62,855 nucleotides of DNA, taken from the NCBI GenBank assembly GCA_002309575.1, contig DBXP01000012.1, forward strand, positions 1-62,855, written 5' to 3'. The notes below the pieces were generated by a model. It ran no database searches, had not been told where the DNA came from, and saw only the letters and a list, made by a program, of their open reading frames with translations. Both the position numbers and the translations under genes were made by a program. Numbering within the stretch: the first letter of the stretch is position 1; each line of letters begins with the position of its first letter. This DNA is from a bacterium UBP6_UBA1209 (GTDB lineage: Bacteria; UBP6; UBA1177). Positions 47,001 through 55,536 of this stretch are shown in pieces.

Positions 47001-50000
47001 GAGCATGTCGCGGTCAACACGAAGCCGGCAGGCGCCGATGTCTCTGTCAGGCTCGTCGGCAGCGACGGCAGTCCGATCGAGGCGGATGCCAACCCGGCAC
47101 TTCTTGTCAACCCCGGCAACAAGGTCTTCTACCTCGGCGAGGATGGCCTCCTCTCAGTCAGCGACGTCACTCCGGCGACCTACACGATCACCGGTCAGGC
47201 TGACGGCTACTACACCGCCAGCGTCTCGATCAACGTCTCGGAGGGTTCGGCCCACGACGTCGAGCTCAAGCTTGACCGCGAGGTCACCGGCTCGGGTACG
47301 GCGGATCTGACCATCAACACGCTGATCAACTCGCTCAAGCGCCCGCAGATCGTCTACATCCAGCTCTACAACGACGATATGGAGATGATCGCGAACGCTC
47401 AGGCACAGGTCAACAGCGACGGCGGCTACGCTCCGGTCGTTCTGAACGAGATCGGCTACGGACGCTACACGCTGGCGGCTGTCGGTCAGGAGATGTTCAA
47501 CTATGTTTCGGCTGTCACCGTCTCCGAGGAGGGCGACAACGAATTCGATATGCTCATCGTGGCTGAAAACGCGTGCGGAAACGGCATCGTCGACGGCGGC
47601 GAGGATTGCGATCCGGGCTCAGGAACGACCCAGTCGCTTACATGCGGAGCGCTCTTCCCGAACACTCCGAACAAATCCGCGGCTGTCTCCTGCGACCCGG
47701 TAAGCTGCGTCTACGACAAGTCAGGCTGCGGCAAGGAGCCTCTCTGCGGCGACGGCATCCTGGATGCGGGCGAAACCTGCGACGGCGGTACCAAAAACTG
47801 CAGCGACGTCATGGGCGAGATAGGTTTGAGCGGCAACGCGGCCTGCAAGTCCGACTGTTCCGGCTGGAACACCGAAAGCTGCGCAAAACAGGCGACATGC
47901 ACGGTCCCGGAACTTCCGGACCACGCTATGCCGATCGTTGTCGAGGAGACTCTTACACGCAACGGCGAAAGCTGGTCCGAACCGTCACTCTGCGAATGGC
48001 AGTGCCAGAACGGCTTCGAGAAGGTCGATGAAGAGTGCCTCTGCCCGGACGGCCAGCACGATGACGGAGACGGCTGCGTTTCAAATACCGGCGAAGCTCT
48101 CGAGTGCGAAAACCTTCCCGAGAACGCACACTGGACAAACGGGACCTACACGCCTGTCTGGAATGACGGATGGACGACGGCTCCTGATCCGGTCTACGAC
48201 GAAGCGGGTGCTTCTGCCTGCTCGTTTGCCTGCGGATCGGGCAGCCACTACGACGGTTCTCTCTGCGTTTCCGATAACGGCGGCACTCAATCCTGCGGAA
48301 CGCTTCCGGCGAACGCGGAGTGGGTAAACGGCGAGACCTACGAATCTGTCTGGGACGGTACGGCGTACACGACCGCATCGGCTCACTACGCAGAAGAGGG
48401 CGACTGCGCCTTCATCTGCAAACCGACATTCACCTGGTCGGAAGACAACGCTGGCTGCGTATGTCCTGAGGATGAGCATCCCGAAAACGGAAGCTGCGTA
48501 TCCGATACCGGCGACGCGCAGAACTGCGAAAACCTTCCGGCTAACGCAGAGTGGGTTATCTCGACCTACACGCCTCACTGGGCAAACAGTGCATGGTCGA
48601 ACGAACCGGCTGCGACATATACTGAAAACGGCGGCGACGAGTGCACCTACGACTGCGCGGACAACTTCCACTTCGACGGAAACAACTGCGCGTCGGATAA
48701 CGGCGGCACCGTCTCATGCGGAACGCTTCCGGCAAACGCGGCGTGGGTAGACGGCGACACCTACGAGTCAGTCTGGGACGGATCGGCATACACGAGCGCA
48801 TCGGCTCACTACGCAGAGGAGGGTGACTGCGCATTCCTGTGCAATGCGACCTACGAATGGATCGACGGCGCCTGCACCTGCGGAAGCGGCAAGCACGTCG
48901 AGGGCGGCCTCTGCACCTCCGACACGCAGGCTGCGGCAAGCTGCGGAACACTCCCCGACAACGCTGAATGGGTAGGCGACGGGACCTACATCCCGACCTG
49001 GAACGGTACCGGCTACTCAACGGCTGAACCGACCTATTCGGATTCCGGCGAGTGCGCTTTCCAGTGCAGACCTACCTTCACCTGGAACAATAACAACAGG
49101 AGCTGCGGTTGCCTGAGCAGCCAGCATGTGAACGAGGGTTCATGCGTCTCCAATACAGGAGAAACTCAGAACTGCGAAAACCTTCCGGCTAACGCAGAGT
49201 GGGTTATCTCGACCTACACGCCTCACTGGACTAACAGCGCATGGTCGACCGAACCGGCTGCGACATATACTGAAAACGGCGGCAGCGAGTGCACTTTCGG
49301 GTGCGTTGAGAACTTCCACTTCGACGGGAACAACTGTACGTCTAATAACGGCGGCACCGTCTCCTGCGGAACGCTTCCGTCGAATGCATACTGGGTAAAC
49401 GGCGAGACATACGAATCCGTCTGGAACGGTTCGGCATACTCGAGCGCATCGGCTCACTACGCCGAAGAGGGCGACTGCGCATTCCTGTGCAATGCGACCT
49501 ACGAATGGACCGGAACTCTCTGCGACTGCGCGGATGGGACACACGTCGAAGAGGGCGTCTGCACATCCGACACACAGGCTGCGGCAAGCTGCGGAACGCT
49601 TCCCGACAACACGGAATGGGTAGGCGACGGAACATACATCCCGACCTGGAACGGTACAGGTTACTCGACTGCATCGGCTCATTACGCCGAAGATGGCGAC
49701 TGCGCATACAAGTGCCTTGCGACATACACATGGACGGGCTCGGGGTGCAACTGCACGGATGCACAGCACGTCGAAAACGGCAGCTGCGTTTCAAATACAC
49801 AGGCTGCTGCAAGCTGCGGAACACTTCCGGACCATGCGGCATGGGTGAACGGCTCGACCTACATCCCGACCTGGGACGGCAGCGAATATTCGAGCGCATC
49901 GGCTCACTACGCCGAAGACGGCGACTGCGCCTTCAAGTGCGATGAAACCTTCGAATGGATCGACGAATCCTGCACCTGCGGAAGCGACATGCACATCGAG

Positions 50001-52343
50001 GGCGGCGTCTGCACCTCCGACACGCAGGCTGCGACAAGCTGCGGTACGCTTCCCGACAACGCTGAATGGGTAGGCGACGGAACATACATCCCGACCTGGA
50101 ACGGTACAGGCTACTCAACGGCTGAACCGACCTATTCGGATTCCGGCGAGTGCGCTTTCCAGTGCAAACCCACCTTTATGTGGAACAACAACAGCAGGAG
50201 CTGCAGGTGCCCGAGCAGCCAGCACATCGAAGAGGATTCCTGCGTCTCCAATACAGGAGAAGCTCAGAACTGCACGGCGCTTCCGGCGAACGCGATCTGG
50301 GTAAATTCGACCTACACGCCTCACTGGGCAAACAGCGCATGGTCGACCGAACCTGAGGCGGAATATTTCGAAAACGGCGGTAGCGAGTGCACTTTCGAGT
50401 GCGTGGCGAACTTCCATTACGAGGGTTCAAGCTGCCAGTCCGACTCCAAGCCCGCTCAGTCCTGCGGAACGCTTCCCGACAACGCGGAGTGGCTGTTCGG
50501 AAGTACCTACATCCCGGTATGGACCGGCGAAGGTTACACATCCGCTTCACCGACATATCTCGAGAGTAGCCCCGAGGTCGTTGACTGCGCATTCCGCTGC
50601 AAATCGACATACAGCTGGATCGATTCGAACTGCACCTGCACGGGCGACCAGCACGTCGAAGGCGGTCTCTGCACATCCAACACAGGTGAAGCGCAGAACT
50701 GCGCAAACCTTCCGGCTAACGCTTCTTGGGTAGCTTCGACCTACACTCCGGTCTGGAACGGCAGCGCATGGACGTCAGAACCTGCTGCGACATACTTCGA
50801 GAATCAGAGCAACGAGTGCACCTACGAGTGCGTCACGGATTACCACTACGAGGAGGAGAGCTGCCAGTCCGACACGAAACCGCCGGAGTCCTGCGGCGAA
50901 CTTCCGGATAACGCTTCGTGGGTGAACGGTTCGACCTACATCCCGACCTGGAACGGCAAGGGATATCCGTACCTTACGGCTCATTACGCGGAAGAGGGCG
51001 ACTGCGCATTCAAGTGCGTCGACGAGTTCGTATGGAACCTTGATACTGTCTCGTGCGAACCTGAACCGCGCTGCGGCGACGGTATACTCAACGGCGATGA
51101 AGAGTGCGACGACGGTGATGGACAGAACGGCGAATACGGTTTCTGCAAACTCGATTGCAGCGAGTGCACCGACGATGAATTCCACATCGAAAACGGTCAC
51201 TGCCTTTCGAATGCAGGAAGGCAAACCGAGTGCGAGGGCGAGCTTCCGCAATACTCCCGCTGGATAAACAACACCTATTACAGTTACTGGATAACTACCG
51301 GCAATTTAGGCAGCGGCGACGGGTACTGGTACACGCCTGAACTCACCTACAGCTATGAAGACGAGTATGCAGAGTGCTCCTTCAGATGCCTTGACGGCTT
51401 CGAGTGGAACGAAGAGGATGAGGTATGCGAATGTCCTGAAGAGAGACCGCTCAACACCAGCGATCCGGAAAACCCGTACTGCGAGCTTGTCGGACAAAAT
51501 GTCACAGCGTGCTCTCCGAAACCTGAAAATACTGTCTGGACAGACAACGGGCAGCAGGGCATGTATATTCTCGAAATGACAGGAGTGCCCACGACGCATT
51601 ACAGCTACGGCGAGATCTGCGACTGCTGCTATTCATGCGCCGAGGGCTTCCACTATCTCGACGATCAGGGCGTATGCGAATCCGACACCCGTGATCCTGA
51701 GCCCTGCCCGGACCTGCCGGATAACGCCGTGTGGGTAGGAAGCGGCTACTACACGCCAGTCTGGACCGGTGAGATCTGGACTATGCCGAACGCGGTCTAT
51801 GACGAATCCGGCGAATCCGACTGCTCCTTCAGATGCCCGGAATACTACGAATGGAGCTATGCTTCCGGAATGTGCGGACTCTCCATCCCCGAGTGCAGCC
51901 AGTCGAGCGGCACCCCGTGCCACGATACGACAAACAAGATAACATGGTCTCCGCTGTCGGCCGGGACCATGGATTGGGATAGCGCGGTCTCGTACTGCGA
52001 CAACCTTGACATGATCGGCTATACCGACTGGCGTTTGCCGACGATCGACGAACTCAGGACGCTTGTCCGGAGCTGCAGGAACACTCAGACAGACGGCGCC
52101 TGCGCGATATCCGATCCGAACGCTCTGGCATACGGCAACTATGTCGCCAACGACTGCCAGTGCGAACTCGTGGAGAGCAACGAAGGTCTCTACAGCATAT
52201 TCGGCGACGACGACACCGTCACTCTCTGGTCATCTTCCGAGTACACGAGTGTCGCCGATTTTGCATGGTATCTGGATTTCGCCAATGCCGGCATCAGCAG
52301 CCACAGTATGGGCGGCAGCTACAATGTCCGTTGTGCAAGGTAA
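44091..52343 (+). CDS. Giant (2750 aa) modular Cys-rich surface lipoprotein with DUF1566-like C-terminus
   Basis: It is a single uninterrupted ORF. It has a lipobox (ALLLAVGCSS) and an acidic linker. About 1100 aa are unassigned and include MGDPIM repeats. A CarboxypepD_reg-like segment lies around 47040-47275. There are three CG[ND]GI..G.E.CD repeats. About 17 modules of 63-77 aa start with C-x2-LP-x-NA-x-W. The C-terminus is WRLPTIDELRTL...NVRCAR. The true start may be the second ATG at 44097, which has better spacing from GGAG. Confidence 0.85.
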   Translation: MKMRRFFLAAFAVFAALLLAVGCSSKKTPENLPDGDLDSSDLDAIEVHDPDGQEPDADETDADSAQDADADSENDEDSVHDPEGIVSGSYMMPDGADGKKAALFECGESEELASAEIKNGGYELKYDLEEGKSYCVEANGYKSCFEGGSYRHGNISPMTHLVALSSDTFCGDLRGSETAVRSYLKVATGIWLGELDYANFGQISSGFQKVKSLLPSDKNSTKEILEAVGGDIMAESPLYRDFFNGFEIKGDKKEIHITGESSEEDLTANFEVGGGNAVLAPGFKVVWTAMNKNTEGLKNSVKSSTAGQFAVRARLFEGGSEDTMLTEASGTILYFTVKESGTIDVSDMSKNISQRVANGIYAIIPHGTAITNNGSKLDTITYKVLASGDGESVAKIDFGPDGTSFSGDSMYLLFDAGTLYGGDATMLSAKRQEADGSVSVLNSAMGDPIMMTTGMGDPIMGAAMGDPIMGSAMGDPIMGAAMGDPIMMGTCSSAAMTQTQHYSSFLLDAQALLPTAAAIIEKWCSGSYYQDFTPLSFVAEAIEAYKADGGEKDDLLSYFEDCSKLPAIASELSDLLQKRVGKKSNLSVLENLYYVTELLRRFEGRHSQNGAAAVRNGIDLRAAINALYSQTFIYNRDSAVNDLFDPALTPRAFLEKNSSRIADLSSLAKSAVTSLSSDSFNAGYIAEKKSVLALMNYISNTHGPDFRNVTSPLTADQLICAWFEPENDPASCSTVYTVNENGRVAGNGTEVGILAAEHIFEKHLTMMNTRLSDDERYELLRTLYVVLKYAGTLYENADAAAELKGGILKNVALMFDGVNLSGNAVSIVDDFDTSSHTVAVREGGQIVEKRYVSDLSELAESLAVSLSDPANTDLNKVIFSIEGYGYSIEEGDSRPVYTPAGEPLSLDVDVTPASTGSAEVITLSELLEASGRNLNELGNIVAKVSLIVNSEADGKKSIARKNFEVVVDNGEHVAVNTKPAGADVSVRLVGSDGSPIEADANPALLVNPGNKVFYLGEDGLLSVSDVTPATYTITGQADGYYTASVSINVSEGSAHDVELKLDREVTGSGTADLTINTLINSLKRPQIVYIQLYNDDMEMIANAQAQVNSDGGYAPVVLNEIGYGRYTLAAVGQEMFNYVSAVTVSEEGDNEFDMLIVAENACGNGIVDGGEDCDPGSGTTQSLTCGALFPNTPNKSAAVSCDPVSCVYDKSGCGKEPLCGDGILDAGETCDGGTKNCSDVMGEIGLSGNAACKSDCSGWNTESCAKQATCTVPELPDHAMPIVVEETLTRNGESWSEPSLCEWQCQNGFEKVDEECLCPDGQHDDGDGCVSNTGEALECENLPENAHWTNGTYTPVWNDGWTTAPDPVYDEAGASACSFACGSGSHYDGSLCVSDNGGTQSCGTLPANAEWVNGETYESVWDGTAYTTASAHYAEEGDCAFICKPTFTWSEDNAGCVCPEDEHPENGSCVSDTGDAQNCENLPANAEWVISTYTPHWANSAWSNEPAATYTENGGDECTYDCADNFHFDGNNCASDNGGTVSCGTLPANAAWVDGDTYESVWDGSAYTSASAHYAEEGDCAFLCNATYEWIDGACTCGSGKHVEGGLCTSDTQAAASCGTLPDNAEWVGDGTYIPTWNGTGYSTAEPTYSDSGECAFQCRPTFTWNNNNRSCGCLSSQHVNEGSCVSNTGETQNCENLPANAEWVISTYTPHWTNSAWSTEPAATYTENGGSECTFGCVENFHFDGNNCTSNNGGTVSCGTLPSNAYWVNGETYESVWNGSAYSSASAHYAEEGDCAFLCNATYEWTGTLCDCADGTHVEEGVCTSDTQAAASCGTLPDNTEWVGDGTYIPTWNGTGYSTASAHYAEDGDCAYKCLATYTWTGSGCNCTDAQHVENGSCVSNTQAAASCGTLPDHAAWVNGSTYIPTWDGSEYSSASAHYAEDGDCAFKCDETFEWIDESCTCGSDMHIEGGVCTSDTQAATSCGTLPDNAEWVGDGTYIPTWNGTGYSTAEPTYSDSGECAFQCKPTFMWNNNSRSCRCPSSQHIEEDSCVSNTGEAQNCTALPANAIWVNSTYTPHWANSAWSTEPEAEYFENGGSECTFECVANFHYEGSSCQSDSKPAQSCGTLPDNAEWLFGSTYIPVWTGEGYTSASPTYLESSPEVVDCAFRCKSTYSWIDSNCTCTGDQHVEGGLCTSNTGEAQNCANLPANASWVASTYTPVWNGSAWTSEPAATYFENQSNECTYECVTDYHYEEESCQSDTKPPESCGELPDNASWVNGSTYIPTWNGKGYPYLTAHYAEEGDCAFKCVDEFVWNLDTVSCEPEPRCGDGILNGDEECDDGDGQNGEYGFCKLDCSECTDDEFHIENGHCLSNAGRQTECEGELPQYSRWINNTYYSYWITTGNLGSGDGYWYTPELTYSYEDEYAECSFRCLDGFEWNEEDEVCECPEERPLNTSDPENPYCELVGQNVTACSPKPENTVWTDNGQQGMYILEMTGVPTTHYSYGEICDCCYSCAEGFHYLDDQGVCESDTRDPEPCPDLPDNAVWVGSGYYTPVWTGEIWTMPNAVYDESGESDCSFRCPEYYEWSYASGMCGLSIPECSQSSGTPCHDTTNKITWSPLSAGTMDWDSAVSYCDNLDMIGYTDWRLPTIDELRTLVRSCRNTQTDGACAISDPNALAYGNYVANDCQCELVESNEGLYSIFGDDDTVTLWSSSEYTSVADFAWYLDFANAGISSHSMGGSYNVRCAR
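45420..45553 (+). repeat. Tandem 27-bp-period repeat encoding (A/G)MGDPIMG(A/S) x5
   Basis: Read directly: AMGDPIMMTTG MGDPIMGAA MGDPIMGSA MGDPIMGAA MGDPIMMGT. The DNA copies of atgggcgacccgatcatgg are near-identical. Confidence 0.9.
48105..51890 (+). repeat. Array of about 17 in-frame 63-77-aa Cys-containing modules (C-x2-LP-x-NA-x-W ... Y-x-E-x-G-x-C-x-F-x-C)
   Basis: I counted the modules by eye from the translated ORF: CENLPENAHW, CGTLPANAEW, CENLPANAEW, CGTLPANAAW, CGTLPDNAEW and so on through CPDLPDNAVW. The boundaries are approximate. Confidence 0.8.
48522..49817 (+). repeat. Higher-order tandem duplication, 648-bp period (three modules per unit)
   Basis: The string aactgcgaaaaccttccggctaacgcagagtgggttatctcgacctacacgcctcactgg occurs at 48522 and again at 49170. 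Flanking sequence stays highly similar for several hundred bp. A further near-identical block, about 48900-49175, matches about 49998-50273 (offset 1098 bp). Confidence 0.8.
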
Positions 52344-52361
52344 TTTAAATTAGGAGGTCAA

Positions 52362-52868
52362 ATGTCTAAAATTAAAGCTGAAATTTTCGTTTTGAAAGAT
52401 AATGGCGGCGATCTTGTCAACGATATCGACACCGACATGATTTTTCACAACAAGTATCTTTCGATCGTCGATATCAGACAGATGGGACAATATTCGCTCG
52501 ACAATCTCGAGGGCTACGAGGACTTTGCGAAACGCGCAAAACCGGGCATGGTGGTAGTTGCCGGCGAGAACTTCGGTGCAGGCAGCAGCCGTCAGCAGGC
52601 GGTCGACTGCTTCATTTCGCTCGGGCTTCAGGGTGTCGCGGCGAAGTCGTTCGGCGCGATCTATAAGCGCAACATCATCAACAGCGGCTTCCCGATGATC
52701 GAGCTTCTGGATATCGATCCAGCCTCGCTCGAGACGGGCAGAGAGCTCGTTTTCGATACCGAGACCGGAGAGATCTCCGACGGCGGCAAACCGGCCGGTC
52801 ACTTCAAGAAGTTTTCGACTGTCCAGCGCGACATCATCGAGAAAAAAGGACTTTTAAACTGTTTTTAG
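52362..52868 (+). CDS. Aconitase-family small subunit (LeuD-like swivel domain)
   Basis: NDIDTDMIFHNKYL and VVAGENFGAGSSRQQAV...SFGAIYKRNIINSGFP match the LeuD/aconitase C-terminal domain pattern. An AGGAGG RBS precedes the start. No large subunit is in the window. Confidence 0.75.
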   Translation: MSKIKAEIFVLKDNGGDLVNDIDTDMIFHNKYLSIVDIRQMGQYSLDNLEGYEDFAKRAKPGMVVVAGENFGAGSSRQQAVDCFISLGLQGVAAKSFGAIYKRNIINSGFPMIELLDIDPASLETGRELVFDTETGEISDGGKPAGHFKKFSTVQRDIIEKKGLLNCF

Positions 52869-52877
52869 AGGTAAACA

Positions 52878-54398
52878 TTGAACAGCATCAACAAAAATCC
52901 CCGGGCAGCCGGGGTGATACTTCATCCGACATCGCTCCCGTCACGCTTCGGCGTCGGCGATATGGGCGGTGAGGCACGCCGCTTCGTCGATTTCCTGGCC
53001 GAGTCTCAGGTCACGGTCTGGCAGATCCTGCCTCTGACTCCTACAGGCGGAGACGGCTGCCCCTACAACTCATGCAGCGCCTTTGCAGGCAACGAGATCC
53101 TGATCGACCCGGTCCCTCTCATGGAGCAGGGTTTGCTCGACGAAGACCTGCAAGTACCTGAATTTAGTGATATCCGTGTCGATTACGATGCCGTTATCAA
53201 GTTCAAGTCCGATATCCTTGCGGCTGCTTCGGAGCGCTTTTTTGCCGGAGAGTACGACAAGTCTGCATTCGACGGATTTGTCGAAAAAAACAGCTGCTGG
53301 CTTGACGATTACGCCCTTTTTATGGCTATCCGCGCCGAAAACGGCGGCGAATCGTGGGTAAACTGGCCGGAGAGGCTCAAAAGGCATGACGGACGGGTCC
53401 TCTCGAGCTACGAAAAGAGCCATTCAGGCGAGATCCGCCGCTACAAGTTCGCACAGTGGATCTTCTCCTGCCAGTGGAGCGGGCTGAAGGAGTACGCAAA
53501 CAGCCGTCACATCGACATCATGGGCGATATCCCGATCTTCCTCTCGCTCGACAGCGCCGATGTCTGGGCAAACCAGGAGCTTTTCCTGATGGAGGACGGC
53601 AGGCTTTCAGATGTAGCCGGAGTTCCGCCGGATTATTTCAGCGCGGACGGTCAGCTCTGGGGCAACCCGCTCTACAACTGGCGTCATCTCAAAAAGAGCG
53701 GTTTCGGCTGGTGGATCGACAGGTTCCGCAGAAATTCGGAGCTCTACGACATCATCCGTCTCGACCATTTCAGAGGTTTCAGCGCCTTCTGGGCTGTCCC
53801 TGCCGGCGAGACGACCGCTAAAAACGGCGTCTGGAAAAAGTGTCCGGGAGACGAGCTCTTCCTGAAGCTCAAGGCAAAGCTCGGCAAGCTCCGTATAGTG
53901 GCTGAAGATCTCGGGAATATCGATGAAAGTGTCATCGAACTGAGGGAAAGACACGGCTTCCCGGGTATGAAGATCCTCCAGTTCGCCTTTGCCGAAGGTA
54001 CCGATCACCCATTCCTGCCGCACAACTTCACCGACACGAACTGCGTGATCTACACAGGGACCCACGACAACGACACGACGGTAGGCTGGTACTGGTCGTC
54101 GGATCCAAATACGAAGGCGTTTGTCAACAACTACCTCGACACCGACGGTCAGAATATCCACAAAGCCTTTATCCGCCTTGCCCTGAGCTCGATCGCGAAA
54201 CTGGCGGTCTTCCCGCTTCAGGATGTCCTGGGCTGGGGAAGCGACTGCCGCCTCAACACTCCCGGAACGACCGGGAACTCTAACTGGACATGGCGTTTCA
54301 GGGCCGGCGACATCAGAAAGGAGCACTCCGACTGGCTTCGCGGCGAGATAGTCGCTTTCAACCGTATGCCGCTTGCCGATACCGGTGACAATGAATAA
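52878..54398 (+). CDS. malQ: 4-alpha-glucanotransferase (amylomaltase, GH77)
   Basis: RAAGVILHPTSLPSRFGVGDMG at the N-terminus, IRLDHFRGF, IVAEDLG and YTGTHDNDT are present. The start is TTG with a GAGG RBS. Confidence 0.93.
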   Translation: MNSINKNPRAAGVILHPTSLPSRFGVGDMGGEARRFVDFLAESQVTVWQILPLTPTGGDGCPYNSCSAFAGNEILIDPVPLMEQGLLDEDLQVPEFSDIRVDYDAVIKFKSDILAAASERFFAGEYDKSAFDGFVEKNSCWLDDYALFMAIRAENGGESWVNWPERLKRHDGRVLSSYEKSHSGEIRRYKFAQWIFSCQWSGLKEYANSRHIDIMGDIPIFLSLDSADVWANQELFLMEDGRLSDVAGVPPDYFSADGQLWGNPLYNWRHLKKSGFGWWIDRFRRNSELYDIIRLDHFRGFSAFWAVPAGETTAKNGVWKKCPGDELFLKLKAKLGKLRIVAEDLGNIDESVIELRERHGFPGMKILQFAFAEGTDHPFLPHNFTDTNCVIYTGTHDNDTTVGWYWSSDPNTKAFVNNYLDTDGQNIHKAFIRLALSSIAKLAVFPLQDVLGWGSDCRLNTPGTTGNSNWTWRFRAGDIRKEHSDWLRGEIVAFNRMPLADTGDNE

Positions 54399-55536
54399 AA
54401 TAGTCTCTATCGTCAGCATCCTGACAGTTTTTGCCTTTGCCTTCGCGCTTCACTTTTTTTTGAAGCCGGCTCCTCCAGAGGGTTGTAAAATCGCCCAGGA
54501 ATATGTCGGGCAGTTCTTTGCCGGTTTTGAAAAATTAGAGCAGACCGATGGCGAGAGCTGTTTTTTTGAGGTCATCGGCAAAAACGGTGAAAAGGTCGGG
54601 CGTATCCTCTACAAAAAGCCTGACGAGGAGAGCCTTATGGGCTACGGAGGCCTTGTCAGGGTCGTCGTTGCTCTGACTTTAGACAACAAGATCATCGGCA
54701 CCGAGCTTGCCGAAAACAGCGAAAGCAGAGGCTACATCGCACGAGTCCGGGATTCCGGCTTTTTCAGGAGATGGAACGGGATGAGTGCCGAAAAGGCGCT
54801 TGCAGCCGGGGTCGACGCTGTCGGCGGAGCAACGATGTCAAGCACGGCTTACCGCGAAATGGTGAAGCAGAACCTTTCAGAATATCTTTCTGCCGCACCT
54901 GTCGAAAGGTCTGCAAAGATCGACCTTTTTCTATTGATCCCGGCGATCGTTCTTCTGGGCTATGCGCTCTTTTCGTCGTTTTTCCCGAAGAAAACGGCAA
55001 AATTCCGCGTTTTTCAGCTTGCGGCTCTTGTCGCGTTTTTCGGCTTTGCCGGCGGACTTGCCTTTTCGCTCGAATCCTTCAAGAACTGGCTTGCCAGCGG
55101 CGAGGTCCCGCTGATATCGATGATCCTGCTTGCCTCAGCGGTTTTAGTTCCGGTCCTCTCCGGCAGAAATATCTACTGCCAGCAGCTCTGCCCCTTCGGC
55201 GCGGCTCAGGAACTTATGGGGAAGATCCCTCTTCCGAAGGTCACGCTGCCGTCGCTTCTGCTGCGGATAATGAATGTCGTCAGGATCTTTGCTGCAGCCG
55301 CTTTGATTATCCTCGTGATCCTCAAGATAGTCGAGGATCTGACCCCCTTCGAGCCCTTCACCGTTTTCCAGTTCCAGACAGCCGGAGCGGCGGCGTTTGT
55401 TCTCGGCGGCGTCATCCTGGCGGCTTCTGCTGTGATCGCCAGACCGTGGTGCAGGCTTGTCTGCCCGACAGGGACGGTTTTCAATCTGCTCAGATTTAAA
55501 AGAGGCCGGAGATCTTCCGGCAAGGAGGAAAGGTGA
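54394..55536 (+). CDS. Membrane protein with FMN-binding domain and NapH/NosR-like 4Fe-4S Cys motifs
   Basis: I chose the start at 54394, which overlaps the malQ stop. After the N-terminal TM comes an FMN_bind-like segment (VDAVGGATMSSTAYREMV). Several TMs follow, flanked by CQQLCPFG and RPWCRLVCPTGTVFN. Confidence 0.7.
   Translation, partial: NKIVSIVSILTVFAFAFALHFFLKPAPPEGCKIAQEYVGQFFAGFEKLEQTDGESCFFEVIGKNGEKVGRILYKKPDEESLMGYGGLVRVVVALTLDNKIIGTELAENSESRGYIARVRDSGFFRRWNGMSAEKALAAGVDAVGGATMSSTAYREMVKQNLSEYLSAAPVERSAKIDLFLLIPAIVLLGYALFSSFFPKKTAKFRVFQLAALVAFFGFAGGLAFSLESFKNWLASGEVPLISMILLASAVLVPVLSGRNIYCQQLCPFGAAQELMGKIPLPKVTLPSLLLRIMNVVRIFAAAALIILVILKIVEDLTPFEPFTVFQFQTAGAAAFVLGGVILAASAVIARPWCRLVCPTGTVFNLLRFKRGRRSSGKEER

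Noticed and set aside
47503-51923. Dozens of 60-200-aa ORFs in alternative frames and strands within the giant gene, for example 48081..48671(-), 49140..49769(-) and 50176..50706(-).
   Set aside because: They are repeats of the same shadow frames created by the repetitive Cys-module DNA. They are Arg/Cys/Ser-rich nonsense, and a single 8.25-kb frame with coherent domain architecture explains the region.
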